Positions 8,892 through 20,332 of a stretch of DNA of 64,000 nucleotides are shown in pieces. Position numbers and translations under genes: made by a program. Below the pieces are notes generated by a model. It was not told the DNA's origin. It saw only the letters and a list, made by a program, of their open reading frames with translations, and searched no databases. Location of the stretch: sequence record NC_062582.1. One strand, given 5' to 3'. Each line of letters begins with the position of its first letter. Within the stretch, counting starts at the first letter, position 1.

Positions 8892-11546
8892 TTAAGTCCT
8901 AATCAGGTAAATGAATGGGGCTGTATCCAAAGGACGCTGGAGATACATTTTGATAATACGCATATAGAAATCGTATTGATCACGTTCCAGTCCAATAGGA
9001 TTAATTTCCCAATGTGGATAAACTCTCACATGGTTAGTGTTGTAATCATTGTTAAGAATATCCAACGGGACCAACCATTCGTATGGCTTGAGCACACGAG
9101 CAATATCCATATCCGTGTAACGACCGTCCTTAAATGGTGGTTTCAAAGTACCATTAAGAATGTCCTTCAAGATCTTGTTAGAGAACGCAGAGTAAACAGC
9201 GTAGTGCTTAACAAAGGTATCAGGGTAAGGATGTTCTACTTTAGGGAAATAGTACGACATCGCATCCTGAGTGTATTTATCACGCAGGTCATCTTCGACA
9301 CGAGCTTTGTAATCATCAATAAAGACATTACGGAAAACTACTTGCGGTACCTGGATCTGGAAGGGCGCACCATTACGTTCACTTTCGATAATGTGACTTC
9401 CTGATTCCTCAGCGAACACAACATCTTTAGGTGATTTGTAATGACCGTCTACTACGATCCGTTGAACCTTGTGGGAATGCAGTTGATAGGTAGCGTCATT
9501 AGACAACACACCGTATTCAACAAAACCCAGTTCAGATGGAGGGTAGTACTTAAGGTCTGGTGTACAGAAACCAGTACAACGTACAAGAACGGTATTGATG
9601 CCACCGACGTTACGATGTTCCAGGTTATCCAGGACTGTATAAATGTCGTTGCTTCTGTAATCCAATCCATAGATCATGGAATAGTTATTGAAGAACACAT
9701 CTTTCTCGCCCATCGGGATAGCCATCAGTCGGTTGACAGTGTCGCCCGCTTGGTCTTCCCAGTTGTCGATAGCAAAACGGATGATACCTGTGTCTTCTGT
9801 GAATCGCATTTCCTTTAAATAGAAATAACGATCTGTACGCAGATACCCGTACCACTCTTTAGGATCGGCAGTCCATACCCATTTCTCAGCGCCGAGTGTA
9901 GAATCGTAATAACCCCACTTAGCTCGGTCTTCCCGATCAGTTATGTCAATCCATTCGTTAGTTGGTACACCGCCCCATACCGCAGTAGCGTATACACGCC
10001 ACCCATAACCGCCTGTCAGGTCGATTGAACCGTTACCGTACACACCGTGCAGGTTTTCAGAACCTTCGCCTGTAACGCATTCTACCAGATGGGTTGTTTG
10101 ATCCCTTACGAAATACTCTTCACCGCCAACATGGTAATGATACCCTAACAGAATCCCTTTCTCGTTATATTCGAATGCCGTAGCATTCCGCCAGAAGTTG
10201 TAAGCCAGTTTAGCCTTACGACGATTGTCAGATGGATCTAAGAAAACAATTGCAGGGTTGTCATTTAACAGGTGAGCACATTCGTGATAACCAAATACTT
10301 CGCCCGCAAAGTTCTGTGCCTCTACTTTACCTTCACTGTTTAATTCCGGTTCATTAAAAGTGATTGGATAAATAAAGTTAACGTCAGCAGACATGAACTG
10401 TACGTATGCAGTCTTCTCTAAGGCATCAGCACGCCACAATGGGTTAGTACTGTCAGCACCGGTCATCAAATTAATTATCTGTTGATCAGTGAGCTTGTAG
10501 AGTTCTTCAATACGTGAAGCGTCAGCAATTAGTTCTTCGAAGTTACCACTGCGACGAATATACATACGGAAGAATTTGTCAGAGTCATCGCCACCTAAGA
10601 AATCATTCTCTGCCATGAGTTCAGCAGTACGTGCAACGGGAACAGAATAATCTCGGTGTGTTAACTGACGTGACCAGATACCATCGTTGTGTTGGAAATA
10701 GGTCCCTTCAAAAGCTGTTGGACGTTGACCACGCTTACACAAGAAAATCTCTGTGTCATCGTAATAGTCAATTGTCGGTTCAACTTGTTTTCCTGGATAG
10801 TGCAAGATGTACTTACGTTGTTTATCCAGAGAACTATTAAATACTGGTAGCCCTGCAAGAGGGAATTCATATACCGCTTTAATAGAAGGGTCTAAGATAA
10901 ACTCACAATAGTCCCCACCCTGTGCAGTCAGAATACTAATCTCATCAACCGCTTTGCCGTTAACGAAGTATTGTGGAATACCGCCACGATCCTTGATAGT
11001 ATCGATGATGGCAATCTGCATTTGTCTGATAGCTGTGCTACCAGTTGCAATGAGGGTATCGACTTGAATCCAATCATCGCCACGTTCAGACGCTCGTTCG
11101 GTAGAGAAGTATGCGTTGTGGTAGCAATGGAAGTAAAGCTTATGATCCTCTAGTGATGGATAACGATCGTTAATCTTAACAGCCACCAACATGTTCTGTG
11201 ACTGAGTGATGAGTACATAAGTCTCATCCATTGGGAAACGAATCCCACTTGTTACGTATGCTTCAGCTAAAGTCAAGTAGTCCTTAGCAAGAGTCTTCAT
11301 ACTGATCCATGTATCCTTGATCTTAGGTAAACCTAAGTTAGCAGGGATCATGGAACCAATTTGATAGATGTGATAAAGATCGTTAGCTTTGTTAGTGGGC
11401 AGATAGTACCGTTGATACTCAACTACCCACGTATCTTGAACACCGTATTTAGGTGTCAGCTTTCGAAGCTCATACACAAACTGTTTATCTTGCGTAGGGT
11501 TCTGCCAGACTTTATCAATCGCATACCGCAAAAGATAATCGTCCAT
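8892..11546 (-). CDS. virion structural protein (phiKZ gp27-like)
   Basis: 884 aa, synteny. Confidence 0.75.
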   Translation of the reverse strand: MDDYLLRYAIDKVWQNPTQDKQFVYELRKLTPKYGVQDTWVVEYQRYYLPTNKANDLYHIYQIGSMIPANLGLPKIKDTWISMKTLAKDYLTLAEAYVTSGIRFPMDETYVLITQSQNMLVAVKINDRYPSLEDHKLYFHCYHNAYFSTERASERGDDWIQVDTLIATGSTAIRQMQIAIIDTIKDRGGIPQYFVNGKAVDEISILTAQGGDYCEFILDPSIKAVYEFPLAGLPVFNSSLDKQRKYILHYPGKQVEPTIDYYDDTEIFLCKRGQRPTAFEGTYFQHNDGIWSRQLTHRDYSVPVARTAELMAENDFLGGDDSDKFFRMYIRRSGNFEELIADASRIEELYKLTDQQIINLMTGADSTNPLWRADALEKTAYVQFMSADVNFIYPITFNEPELNSEGKVEAQNFAGEVFGYHECAHLLNDNPAIVFLDPSDNRRKAKLAYNFWRNATAFEYNEKGILLGYHYHVGGEEYFVRDQTTHLVECVTGEGSENLHGVYGNGSIDLTGGYGWRVYATAVWGGVPTNEWIDITDREDRAKWGYYDSTLGAEKWVWTADPKEWYGYLRTDRYFYLKEMRFTEDTGIIRFAIDNWEDQAGDTVNRLMAIPMGEKDVFFNNYSMIYGLDYRSNDIYTVLDNLEHRNVGGINTVLVRCTGFCTPDLKYYPPSELGFVEYGVLSNDATYQLHSHKVQRIVVDGHYKSPKDVVFAEESGSHIIESERNGAPFQIQVPQVVFRNVFIDDYKARVEDDLRDKYTQDAMSYYFPKVEHPYPDTFVKHYAVYSAFSNKILKDILNGTLKPPFKDGRYTDMDIARVLKPYEWLVPLDILNNDYNTNHVRVYPHWEINPIGLERDQYDFYMRIIKMYLQRPLDTAPFIYLIRT

Positions 11547-11556
11547 TTAACCACCC

Positions 11557-12495
11557 TTATTGTTCGATGTATTGATTAACAACCAGTTTGTAAACCAGGT
11601 CGGTAAAGATTTTGATTTCTTGTCCACGTGCCAAACTTTCAACACGTTGTGTAATAACAGTTCTACGGAAAGAACGATCAGCAATACCCATATAAACCAT
11701 AGCGATGTAGGTAGGCATGTGTTCCAGTGCCACACCGACGTTCTCACGTGCGTTAGCGCCTTGCCACGAGTTACAGAGCATCAGGTATAGGTCAGAGAAC
11801 TTCAACACGCCTGTACGCTCTTGGCGGGACTTAGTAGACATTGCAAAAGCCAGGTCACTAGCATTCTTCAAAGGACCAACTGTTTCGATGATGTCCAATA
11901 CGAAATCTGGTGGAACACCAGTAATACGCGAAATGATAGGAGCGAACTGTGTCCGTGCAGTATGACCTTCATCTTGAAGTTCGTAGTTGCACATGGCATA
12001 GAAGTAATAAGCCGAGATTACAAACATGGCCATTTGGGCTTCAAGACCCAAATTGTATTTAGTAATCAACGCACCCGATACCCAACGGTGAAATACTTTC
12101 GCAGGGATATCGCCCATGCGACTGAAGATTGTTTCGTCTGCTTTCAGGAGTTGAAGATTCAACGCCATACGAATGCATTGGAATGACCAGTCGTTAACAC
12201 CATTAATCTTGTAGAGGCCAGTCTTCTCATCGTACTTCATGTACTGACGGGAATCGATCAGAAGGTTCGGATGATTAGGGTCTCCGATATTAATGTACTG
12301 GGTGAACGATGGGATGTCTTCGTGTTCCTGTCGTGGAGTCACAAAATGTGCATTATTCAATGTGTAGTCCGCTGGTGTTTTCACCGCCGGGAATTCTAAT
12401 TCTAGTGCTGCTCGACGAACCTTGGACAACAGTTGATCTAGCTTGGTATACATGCCGCAAATAGTAGTTTGGTATGGTAGTGAAAACATTACCAT
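11557..12495 (-). CDS. conserved virion-module protein (phiKZ gp28-like)
   Basis: 312 aa, AAGGAG SD, divergent from sheath. Confidence 0.75.
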   Translation of the reverse strand: MVMFSLPYQTTICGMYTKLDQLLSKVRRAALELEFPAVKTPADYTLNNAHFVTPRQEHEDIPSFTQYINIGDPNHPNLLIDSRQYMKYDEKTGLYKINGVNDWSFQCIRMALNLQLLKADETIFSRMGDIPAKVFHRWVSGALITKYNLGLEAQMAMFVISAYYFYAMCNYELQDEGHTARTQFAPIISRITGVPPDFVLDIIETVGPLKNASDLAFAMSTKSRQERTGVLKFSDLYLMLCNSWQGANARENVGVALEHMPTYIAMVYMGIADRSFRRTVITQRVESLARGQEIKIFTDLVYKLVVNQYIEQ

Positions 12496-12537
12496 GTCTC
12501 CTTTAAATAGTCGTAAAATTTAACTAGTCAAGCATTC

Positions 12538-12545
12538 TATGAATA
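12538..12545 (+). promoter_or_regulatory. candidate late promoter TATG for sheath/tube operon
   Basis: TATGAATA in divergent intergenic gap. Confidence 0.4.
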
Positions 12546-12617
12546 ATAAATATGATTGACTTACGTTAACACTCATAACATCGAGTTCTAAAGCTCCATT
12601 ACTGGGAGAACCAATAA

Positions 12618-14705
12618 ATGGCAACTTATTTTAATGCCGTTCCACGGATTGTCTTCAACGGCATTCGTGACCGCAGTCGTCGGGCGTTCATTCGTCCAGA
12701 GATGACTTTCGCGCAACACACACCATTGCTCCGTCTCTTCACAGAGACTGGTCCTACCGAAACAACTTATGTTGGTGATTCGGATGATGGCTTTGCTGGT
12801 ATCTTTGGGCAACTGTCTCTGGACCCACGCAGCAAATACTTTAACCAACAGTCTCTGCTTGCTTTGAACCTTCTGGGTCAAGGTAACGGTTTCTATGTTA
12901 AGCGTCTGCGTCCTGAAGATGCGCGCAATCCAGCTCGTCTTACTGTCGCTATCGACATGGTTCGAGACCTGGTTCCACAGACCATTACACGTCTGAGTGG
13001 TTTTAACTATCCTAACGCTGTTAGCGATGTAAGCGGTGGTCCAGTACGGGCTGATGCTAAACTCGTTGAAGGTTGGAAGTGCCGTGTAGTTCTGATTAAA
13101 GACAACACAACTGAGATTGGTACTCAACGTCCTCTGCCTGGCGATATGGTTTCTAATATCGATGGTTCCCAGTCTACTCTGTATCCACTGTTTGAATTGC
13201 CTACTTCGTTCTTCGGTTCGTTGGGTAACAACTTGGGTCTGCGTATGTGGGCTACCAACGAGATCGATCCAGATGGCTACGATGCTGCAACCACCGGTGA
13301 CTTCGACACTCGTCTGTACCGTGTACAGTTTGTTGAACTGAACCAAGGTCTGGCTACACCTTACGTAATCAAGACTAAGAACGATGAAGACTATGTAAAC
13401 GTTTCGTTTGACGAAGGCGTATATAGTACTCTCTATGACAAAGACCTGGGTATTCAAAGTACTCTGATCGAGTCGTATGAAGATGACGGTATCGAATCTG
13501 GTCTGACCCCTCTGTACAGTCCGTTCTCTCAGATCTTCGTTTACGAAGACAACGTTAACACTGTTCGTGAAAATATCCATGATGCTGAACTGTTGGTGAA
13601 CCCTGCGTTCAAAGACAGCATTGGTCAGATTGACTTCTTGACCATGACTGCTCTGGATGGCGACCCGTACAAATCCGTGTTGCTGGAAGGCGCACTGGAA
13701 GGTGGTGTGATCTTCGGTAAGAACTCCACTAGCTATGCTACTGGCGGCTCCGATGGTACTACCGACTTGACTAACTATGTTAAGCTGGTTGATGCTGAGA
13801 ACACCAACTTTGGTGAACTGGACGACCAATACGAAAACGTTGCTAAGTATCAATTTGGTTTCTTGTATGACACTGGCTTGCCGATGTCGTCGAAATACAA
13901 AATGATGCAGACCTTGTCCAAGCGTAAAGACTTGAACTGCATGTTCACCACTTTTGTTGAAGGTGAAGAGAAAGGTCTGACTGCTGGTGAAGAAGCTTCT
14001 CGTGCACAGGCTCTGATGACTCGTCTGAAAGCATTCCCTGAATCTATCCTGTTTGGTACCGGTGTCTGCCGGGCTATGATTGTTCTGCAATCTGGTAAGG
14101 TGATGGGTGGTGGTTACAACAAGCGTGTACCACAACTGCTCGACGTTGCAATGAGCTGGGCTCGTTACGCTGGTGCTGGTAACGGTATCCTGCGTCCTGG
14201 TTTCGAAATGGACGTTAGTCCTAATAACGAAGTTTCCTACGTTAAACAAATTAACGTACCGTTCTTCAACTCTCGTACTTCCGCTAACCTGTGGACCAAC
14301 GGTGCTACTTACAGTACTACTTGGGATGACCGTCGTCAGTACTATGCTTGCCTGCGTTCTGTCTACCAAGATGATACGTCGGTATTGCTTAGCCCAGTAA
14401 CTGTAAACATCTGCTGTGTGATCATGCGAATGATTCACAAAGTCCATGCTAAGTTCTCCGGTAACGCATTCCTCACCAAGGAACAATTGGTTGAGCGTTG
14501 CGACCAGGAAATCTTAGACCGTACTCGTGACCTGTTCGGTGGCCGTGTTGATATTATCCCTAAAACGGAGATCACCGGTACTGACGAGAATAACGGTACT
14601 AGCTGGACCTGTACAGTAACTGTTGCTGCCAACAACCCACGTACCACCATGAACTTCTTCCTAGATACAGTTCGTCGTGGCGACGTTACAGTAGAGCCTC
14701 TGTAA
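12618..14705 (+). CDS. contractile tail sheath protein (phiKZ gp29-like)
   Basis: 695 aa, same size and position as phiKZ sheath; FLYDTGLP and AxYxGAG-type sheath features. Confidence 0.9.
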   Translation: MATYFNAVPRIVFNGIRDRSRRAFIRPEMTFAQHTPLLRLFTETGPTETTYVGDSDDGFAGIFGQLSLDPRSKYFNQQSLLALNLLGQGNGFYVKRLRPEDARNPARLTVAIDMVRDLVPQTITRLSGFNYPNAVSDVSGGPVRADAKLVEGWKCRVVLIKDNTTEIGTQRPLPGDMVSNIDGSQSTLYPLFELPTSFFGSLGNNLGLRMWATNEIDPDGYDAATTGDFDTRLYRVQFVELNQGLATPYVIKTKNDEDYVNVSFDEGVYSTLYDKDLGIQSTLIESYEDDGIESGLTPLYSPFSQIFVYEDNVNTVRENIHDAELLVNPAFKDSIGQIDFLTMTALDGDPYKSVLLEGALEGGVIFGKNSTSYATGGSDGTTDLTNYVKLVDAENTNFGELDDQYENVAKYQFGFLYDTGLPMSSKYKMMQTLSKRKDLNCMFTTFVEGEEKGLTAGEEASRAQALMTRLKAFPESILFGTGVCRAMIVLQSGKVMGGGYNKRVPQLLDVAMSWARYAGAGNGILRPGFEMDVSPNNEVSYVKQINVPFFNSRTSANLWTNGATYSTTWDDRRQYYACLRSVYQDDTSVLLSPVTVNICCVIMRMIHKVHAKFSGNAFLTKEQLVERCDQEILDRTRDLFGGRVDIIPKTEITGTDENNGTSWTCTVTVAANNPRTTMNFFLDTVRRGDVTVEPL

Positions 14706-14735
14706 AGAGGCTTCACTCCTGAAAGAGGAATTTAA

Positions 14736-15611
14736 ATGAAACGTTATACAGATCCATTCGCTCCTAAGTCGGGCTACGGTGCTGGCGGCGCTGCAAACAC
14801 TATGAACGTTGCTCAGGCAGGTACTGATACTTTCCGTCCTGACCTGGCTAACCTTGCGAGTAACACTCCTTACGTTAGTCGGAACCTGATTCCATTCTTG
14901 CTCGAAGCTCCTCGGTTCTTCCAGTATGCTAAGGATAGCAACCAACTCGTACGTTCGCTAAAAGCCTACATCGAAAACCACTGCCGGACTATTGATGGCC
15001 TGCAACAAACTGTAACCGTAGATACCGCCGACGCTCCATGGGGTGGTTCGGGTGAAGTTATCCAGACAGCTACTAACGTTACCCGTGCACGTTCTAACCC
15101 TTCGCTGGGTTGCTGGGAACTGCAAGGTCGTGCTATTCAACGTTTCCTGCGCTGGTGGATTACTTACGGTATCGCTGACGAGAACACCAAGGTACCACGT
15201 ATCGTAGCTGAAGGTAACATTCCTCCAGAGAAATACGATGCTTCGTTCTATGGTGCAACCGTTCTGTTCATCGAACCTGATCCAACTTTCCAAGATGTTA
15301 CTCAAGCTTATCTGTGCACCAACATGTTCCCATTAAGTTCGGGTCCATGGGAAGGTCGTAAAGATGCTGCTCAGATCGGTCAGAACCTTGACCTGTCGAT
15401 TGAGTTCTCGGCTATGACCGACGTATCGGAAGGCGTGATCATGTATGCTAAGCAACTGATGAAGACGCTTAACATCAAAGGTATGAACCCTAACGATACT
15501 CGTACTTGGGTACAGAACATCAGTGCCGACGTACAAGCAGCACGCAACGGTCTTAAAGATCAGTTGGTTCAATCTGCTGGTAACCGTGTTACTTACACAG
15601 GCGCTAACTAA
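14736..15611 (+). CDS. tail tube protein (phiKZ gp30-like)
   Basis: 291 aa directly after sheath; CTNMFP motif. Confidence 0.85.
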   Translation: MKRYTDPFAPKSGYGAGGAANTMNVAQAGTDTFRPDLANLASNTPYVSRNLIPFLLEAPRFFQYAKDSNQLVRSLKAYIENHCRTIDGLQQTVTVDTADAPWGGSGEVIQTATNVTRARSNPSLGCWELQGRAIQRFLRWWITYGIADENTKVPRIVAEGNIPPEKYDASFYGATVLFIEPDPTFQDVTQAYLCTNMFPLSSGPWEGRKDAAQIGQNLDLSIEFSAMTDVSEGVIMYAKQLMKTLNIKGMNPNDTRTWVQNISADVQAARNGLKDQLVQSAGNRVTYTGAN

Positions 15612-15859
15612 TGGCTATCCGTCCTTCAGCTTTCCCACTAAACAACGCTGACCAAGGTTCCATCGATTCTCGTACTAGTGCAGACCAACTGGCTGCACGG
15701 TATAAGAACATGTTGGGATTCCAGGCAGCTGGTCCAAACATTGGTTTGTTCTATCAACTAGAAAGAAATGCTGCCGAGACGGAAGCTAGTAAAGATCAGA
15801 AGCTATCGAAATATGATGGTTACAATGGTCCAGTTGAAGCCGGTGGTATTTACACTTAA
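15611..15859 (+). CDS. small hypothetical protein (gp31-like position)
   Basis: TAATG coupling to tube gene. Confidence 0.7.
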   Translation: MAIRPSAFPLNNADQGSIDSRTSADQLAARYKNMLGFQAAGPNIGLFYQLERNAAETEASKDQKLSKYDGYNGPVEAGGIYT

Positions 15860-15897
15860 TGTCATAAACGCCTTCCCATAGGGGAAGGCTTTATGTC
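15860..15897. terminator. bidirectional hairpin
   Basis: CATAAA..GCCTTCCC-ATAG-GGGAAGGC-TTTATG. Confidence 0.8.
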
Positions 15898-15960
15898 GTC
15901 TTACCATGTAACCTTTTCACCAACGTATCTTTCTGTATCAAGAAAAGTACCGTAGGTGTT

Positions 15961-17196
15961 TTATTTCGTGTAATAGCTTCGAGTCATCGCACGTAGAATC
16001 AAATACAGCATGATCCCTGTACGTGTAGCTGCAATCTGTCCTTCATGGCGAGACTTAGTTGCTTGCTTAACAATCTTCTCACCGACATCACGGATCTTCA
16101 ATACGCGATAGTCATCGGATTTAGGTGCCATTACTTTAGCACGAATACCTTGTACCAATAAAGCTAGGTCGTTAGAACGTTGTGTAGAACTACGGTTGGA
16201 CTGCATATAATCGAATGCGTATAACAGCGATTCATCAATCATTACAGTGATGTCTTTAGACCTAGATTGCCCGACGTTACGTGACATGAACATCAAGGAA
16301 TCTTTCAACATGTCTGGTGGCATCGTGTGCATAGCGTTCTCAATGATCGCCAGGAGCGGCGTCTTGATTAAGTTGTCCGGATGTTGACACGTTGTGTGCA
16401 TATAGCGTAGATACGTGCTGTAGCCGTTTACACGGTCTTTGAGGGCCATCTCTCCATCACCGTTAATCTGAATGTCCGATGTTGAAACAATACGACTACC
16501 TTGCGCAAGGGTAGTTAGATACATTTCGTAGTATTTCTTAATCAGTTCACGAATACGTGTCTGTGTATCCGTTACAATCCGACGAGACCAGTATTCATAA
16601 GAATCAGAACGATCCATCATGAAGTTGTGATAGATAGAGTCAGGGGCCACAATACCATCAGCACGGTCTTTAATCAGACCTCCCCAACTACCAATTCGTT
16701 TAATGTCGAATGTGTACTTAAGGTTCGCAAAGGTTGCTTCAGCTACTTCTCGTTTAGCGGGGTATTTAAAACGACGTACTAACAACGACGTAATGTATTT
16801 AACATGCAGTGTCATGAATGCATGTACCATAGCCGCATGACGTACGTTTAGTGGGATAGAGTTTTCTTTATAGAGACGCATTGCAATGTAACCAGGGATA
16901 TGGTTAAATGCAGAACTGGCTACGATGTGTTTAGGGTCTACTCCTTCAGCCCTATCGAAGTCGTATTGTAACAAGTCTTCATCTACTTGAATAACGTCGT
17001 CGAACCAAAGCTCTCGGTCATTATCGTAGAATCGAATTTCATTGACTCCCATCAGTACGCCACCAAAGAATGCAGAGTGATCAGCATCGCGATTCATTAG
17101 GCGCACAGTGTAATCAATAATTCGTTGACATAAGGCACGATCGAATTTAACATCCGCGAAATGTTTATCGAGTACCTCTCGTATGGTTTTTTTCAT
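15961..17196 (-). CDS. virion structural protein (phiKZ gp32-like)
   Basis: 411 aa, synteny. Confidence 0.75.
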   Translation of the reverse strand: MKKTIREVLDKHFADVKFDRALCQRIIDYTVRLMNRDADHSAFFGGVLMGVNEIRFYDNDRELWFDDVIQVDEDLLQYDFDRAEGVDPKHIVASSAFNHIPGYIAMRLYKENSIPLNVRHAAMVHAFMTLHVKYITSLLVRRFKYPAKREVAEATFANLKYTFDIKRIGSWGGLIKDRADGIVAPDSIYHNFMMDRSDSYEYWSRRIVTDTQTRIRELIKKYYEMYLTTLAQGSRIVSTSDIQINGDGEMALKDRVNGYSTYLRYMHTTCQHPDNLIKTPLLAIIENAMHTMPPDMLKDSLMFMSRNVGQSRSKDITVMIDESLLYAFDYMQSNRSSTQRSNDLALLVQGIRAKVMAPKSDDYRVLKIRDVGEKIVKQATKSRHEGQIAATRTGIMLYLILRAMTRSYYTK

Positions 17197-17239
17197 GGGG
17201 TATTCCGTTGGTTGATTAATCAGATCATTGTGTTGATTA

Positions 17240-17267
17240 ATAGAAGTTAATTTAGCACTATATTACT
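17240..17267 (+). promoter_or_regulatory. early (virion RNAP) promoter
   Basis: TATATTAC at 17259-17266, the phiKZ early consensus, heading a long accessory operon. Confidence 0.8.
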
Positions 17268-17305
17268 TATTTGATATTAACCCAATAAACTAAAGGATTT
17301 TAAAC

Positions 17306-17608
17306 ATGTTTACTAAATCGAATGACCCAGCTTTGGAAATGTTCGTAGTTCTCGGTGATTGGTTCAAACAGTTCCACAGTGACAAGACGGTGCATCTGTC
17401 GATGACGATAGATTCGGCTGCATTGGTATTGCAGGATCGCCCGTGCTCGATCAGTATGAACTTTAACTACAATGGTGATAAAGTAGTAATCCATACTTTT
17501 CACTGGATCACTGATGGTTCGGCATGTACAGTCGGTGCTAGAAAAGAATTCCGTTTGAATGACTTGCCTTCTATTGAAGACCATGTCATCGCCACCTTCG
17601 ACCTGTAA
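17306..17608 (+). CDS. hypothetical, ~100-aa paralog family A (divergent)
   Basis: AAGGA SD; N-terminal DP..F helix, C-terminal helix ending in F. Confidence 0.75.
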   Translation: MFTKSNDPALEMFVVLGDWFKQFHSDKTVHLSMTIDSAALVLQDRPCSISMNFNYNGDKVVIHTFHWITDGSACTVGARKEFRLNDLPSIEDHVIATFDL

Positions 17609-17624
17609 TCAAAAGGAACATCAA

Positions 17625-17846
17625 ATGACACAATGTGCTAAATGTGATCTAGATGCAATCGAAGGTGAAGAGATCTGCATGACCCATCTACTCGAACCTT
17701 TCGGACCTCGTAAAAGTAAGAAAGAAATCAAGGCTGAAGCTGTACGTAAACATAACGAACGCTTTGAATTTATCAAGGCTAACCCAAAACCGCTGTCCGA
17801 ACAGTTGACCGAATATGTTCGTGAAGTTGTTGGTTCCATTAAATAA
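17625..17846 (+). CDS. small Zn-finger-like/basic protein
   Basis: CxxC..CxxH plus KSKK..EA.RKHN..FE; AAGGA SD. Confidence 0.75.
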   Translation: MTQCAKCDLDAIEGEEICMTHLLEPFGPRKSKKEIKAEAVRKHNERFEFIKANPKPLSEQLTEYVREVVGSIK

Positions 17847-17860
17847 CAGGAGTTACAAAC

Positions 17861-18463
17861 ATGGCTAAGCCAACTTTAAAAGAAACAACTGATCGTGTAG
17901 TAAAAGCTTTTCGTAAGATTGGCTTTGGTGGTAAGTTTGCAACTTACGATGTTACTGCCTGGCCAGACAACTTCATCGAACTGCATAAGTTCGGTTCCGT
18001 ACCGGAAGTATGTTTCCGCATCGTTGATTCTAACGAACTTGTGGGTCGTTCACAATCTCTGACCCAACATATCAGTGGAGGGCTATTACAGACTCTTCTG
18101 AATGAAAAGCGTATCAACCAAGAAACTTACGTGGCGGCGCGCTTGGTTCAGAACATGCAGGTAAAGCTGTACCCCGCACAACAGAACGGCAATATGTATT
18201 TTGACGAAAAGAGCAAAACGCTTTTGATTCGTTACGGTACAGTAATTGTTGAAGTATGTCCGGTGATCGATTACAATATCGATGTCAACACCAATGACCT
18301 CTTTGCATTTCTGGATGAGTTGTCTTACCTACAGGACGAATGTAAGAACGTTACTGATGCGGTACCGTACACCAAGTTCGGTAAGCTGTATGTAAAATTA
18401 GGTAATGGTTATGTCGTTGAAACTGATGTAACTGTTAAAGAGTTTAATGACACCTGGAGCTAA
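17861..18463 (+). CDS. hypothetical protein
   Basis: AGGAG SD. Confidence 0.8.
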   Translation: MAKPTLKETTDRVVKAFRKIGFGGKFATYDVTAWPDNFIELHKFGSVPEVCFRIVDSNELVGRSQSLTQHISGGLLQTLLNEKRINQETYVAARLVQNMQVKLYPAQQNGNMYFDEKSKTLLIRYGTVIVEVCPVIDYNIDVNTNDLFAFLDELSYLQDECKNVTDAVPYTKFGKLYVKLGNGYVVETDVTVKEFNDTWS

Positions 18464-18466
18464 AAC

Positions 18467-18859
18467 ATGGAAGCTGTAAAGGTACTGGATGTAAAGCACC
18501 GCGTAATCGATACCTACCTGAAAGAGGTAGGGCCGTTGGAAGCCGAATCCAAGTATTGGGTTCGTGATGTGGTTGATCTCTCTACAGCTGACATTCTAAT
18601 GAATGGTCCTAAGTTCGCCAAAGACCGTACAGGCTACGCTGCGTACATTGGTGATCAGGTTGTTGGGTTTGCAATCGCTTACACCCCTGACGCTTGGCTG
18701 GATTTGTTACACATACACCCAGACTACCGGGGTCGCGGTATAGCGCAGGAATTGATCCTGGCTAGTGGTTGCCGTAGTGTTTCTGTTAATCCACGCAATG
18801 ACAATGCCGTAGCTTTGTATAAGAAGCTCGGTTTGGAAATCGATTACGACGAGGTGTGA
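18467..18859 (+). CDS. GNAT family N-acetyltransferase
   Basis: motif A LHIHPDYRGRGIA; motif B V.PRN..AVALYKKLG. Confidence 0.9.
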   Translation: MEAVKVLDVKHRVIDTYLKEVGPLEAESKYWVRDVVDLSTADILMNGPKFAKDRTGYAAYIGDQVVGFAIAYTPDAWLDLLHIHPDYRGRGIAQELILASGCRSVSVNPRNDNAVALYKKLGLEIDYDEV

Positions 18860-18860
18860 A

Positions 18861-19166
18861 ATGAATAAAGTTAAATTGGAAATGCAGGCAGGGTTACAGT
18901 TGTTTCAAGTTATTGTTGGTCTCATGCGCGAGCAGGCTTCTAAAGAAGACCTTACTCTTGAGATCCAAGCAACTGGTCCCTGGGTAACACTTTGCGATGT
19001 AAAGACCGAAAAGGTTCTGTCGATGCTTTTCGACAACTTTGGCGGTACTATTGCAACATGGGTTAAAGAGAAAGGAGGCGAAGAAATCCCTGGACCAGAC
19101 TTTGAGATCTACAAAGAGTCTGAACTCGAAACCCACATTCAAACCGTATTCGGAATGGAGCCATAA
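18861..19166 (+). CDS. hypothetical, family A (divergent)
   Basis: GAGGT SD; size and architecture. Confidence 0.75.
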   Translation: MNKVKLEMQAGLQLFQVIVGLMREQASKEDLTLEIQATGPWVTLCDVKTEKVLSMLFDNFGGTIATWVKEKGGEEIPGPDFEIYKESELETHIQTVFGMEP

Positions 19167-19487
19167 ATGAAACTGCTTAAAATTGAAGCGTGGGCACGAC
19201 AAAAGTTTACGGCTAAATTGCTAGAGCTTCTTGAATCAATGGATTCTAAATCTGAACGCGAGTTAGTGCTGTGGGATCGAGAAGCCACCGATGTAATGGT
19301 TAGTACTCCATGCCGTACTTTTGAAATTCAATATCGTCCATACGGTGATAAGGGTAAGGTCCATAGTGTTGAGATCCACTATGAGAACTATAAAGAAAAG
19401 TTCGGTACTGTAATTGAACATGATATTTCAAATATGTCTACTGTTCAAGAGCAGTTGAATAAATACTTCGGTCTTCTGGAAGAATAA
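19167..19487 (+). CDS. hypothetical, family A
   Basis: F..KLLE.LE N-terminal helix. Confidence 0.75.
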   Translation: MKLLKIEAWARQKFTAKLLELLESMDSKSERELVLWDREATDVMVSTPCRTFEIQYRPYGDKGKVHSVEIHYENYKEKFGTVIEHDISNMSTVQEQLNKYFGLLEE

Positions 19488-19675
19488 TGGAATACTTTGA
19501 TCTGGTGTGCTCAATCGTATTACGATTATTGTGGTTCTACGGTGGTTACATGGTTTTCTTCCGTAAGATCAATATTGCCCCGTTCACTGACACCAAGTGG
19601 GGTGCCCGATTGGCGGGCACTCTTTTCATGGTTGTTGTACTTGTTGATACCTATCACAAATGGTTCGCTAACTAA
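19487..19675 (+). CDS. small two-TM membrane protein
   Basis: two hydrophobic segments. Confidence 0.7.
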   Translation: MEYFDLVCSIVLRLLWFYGGYMVFFRKINIAPFTDTKWGARLAGTLFMVVVLVDTYHKWFAN

Positions 19676-19689
19676 ACAGGAGTTTCACC

Positions 19690-20022
19690 ATGCTTAAGTT
19701 CTTGCCTGCTCCAAGCATCAAGTTTGTCAACGACTTGTTGGCACATCTGGAAAGCACCGACGCTGAAAGTGGTTACACTCGGGTTCTGGTACACCCAGTA
19801 ACCGACGGCCTCCGTATGCGTAATCTGGATATGACTTTACGGGTTTCCCTTGAAGTCTGTGGTTGCATTGTAAATGCTACCTGGGAAGAAGCGGTAAACT
19901 GCAATGAGTTGCAGATGCCGTACATGAAAACCCAACCGTTTGCTATTACCGATCTTTTGGTAATGGCTGAAAAAATCGAAGGGTTCTTTAAACGCGAATG
20001 GGAGATTGAAAAAGATGCTTAA
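19690..20022 (+). CDS. hypothetical, family A
   Basis: MLKFLPAPSIKFVNDLL. Confidence 0.8.
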   Translation: MLKFLPAPSIKFVNDLLAHLESTDAESGYTRVLVHPVTDGLRMRNLDMTLRVSLEVCGCIVNATWEEAVNCNELQMPYMKTQPFAITDLLVMAEKIEGFFKREWEIEKDA

Positions 20023-20332
20023 GCTCGTTAAAGATCCTTGCATCGACTTCGTCAATACTCTTCTGGAATCGGTTGAGTATGAAGGGTCGTGTCAGTCGCC
20101 AACAGTCCAACGTGTAAAGGTACGTTTGAGTCCTTCCGGGGTTATCTTTCGTACACCCGATGGTTCGAAGAAAATAATTGTCTATGTTGTTAATTCAACT
20201 ATAGTTGATTATACTTTCAAACAAGATGATGGTATTCAAGGGCCGCGTCAAACAACCACGAGTTCTAATCCAGTGGAGCTGGCAAAAGAGATCGTCAACT
20301 ATTTCACTCAAGAGGAGCTTCCACGTGTCTAA
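20015..20332 (+). CDS. hypothetical, family A
   Basis: MLKLVKDPCIDFVNTLL. Confidence 0.8.
   Translation: MLKLVKDPCIDFVNTLLESVEYEGSCQSPTVQRVKVRLSPSGVIFRTPDGSKKIIVYVVNSTIVDYTFKQDDGIQGPRQTTTSSNPVELAKEIVNYFTQEELPRV

Noticed and set aside
12557-12582. Sigma70-like TTGACT..TAACAT
   Set aside because: Spacer is only 14 nt, and phiKZ-like phages use their own RNA polymerases.
12588-14486. 632-aa minus-strand ORF
   Set aside because: Antisense shadow of the codon-biased tail sheath gene; no protein-like motifs.
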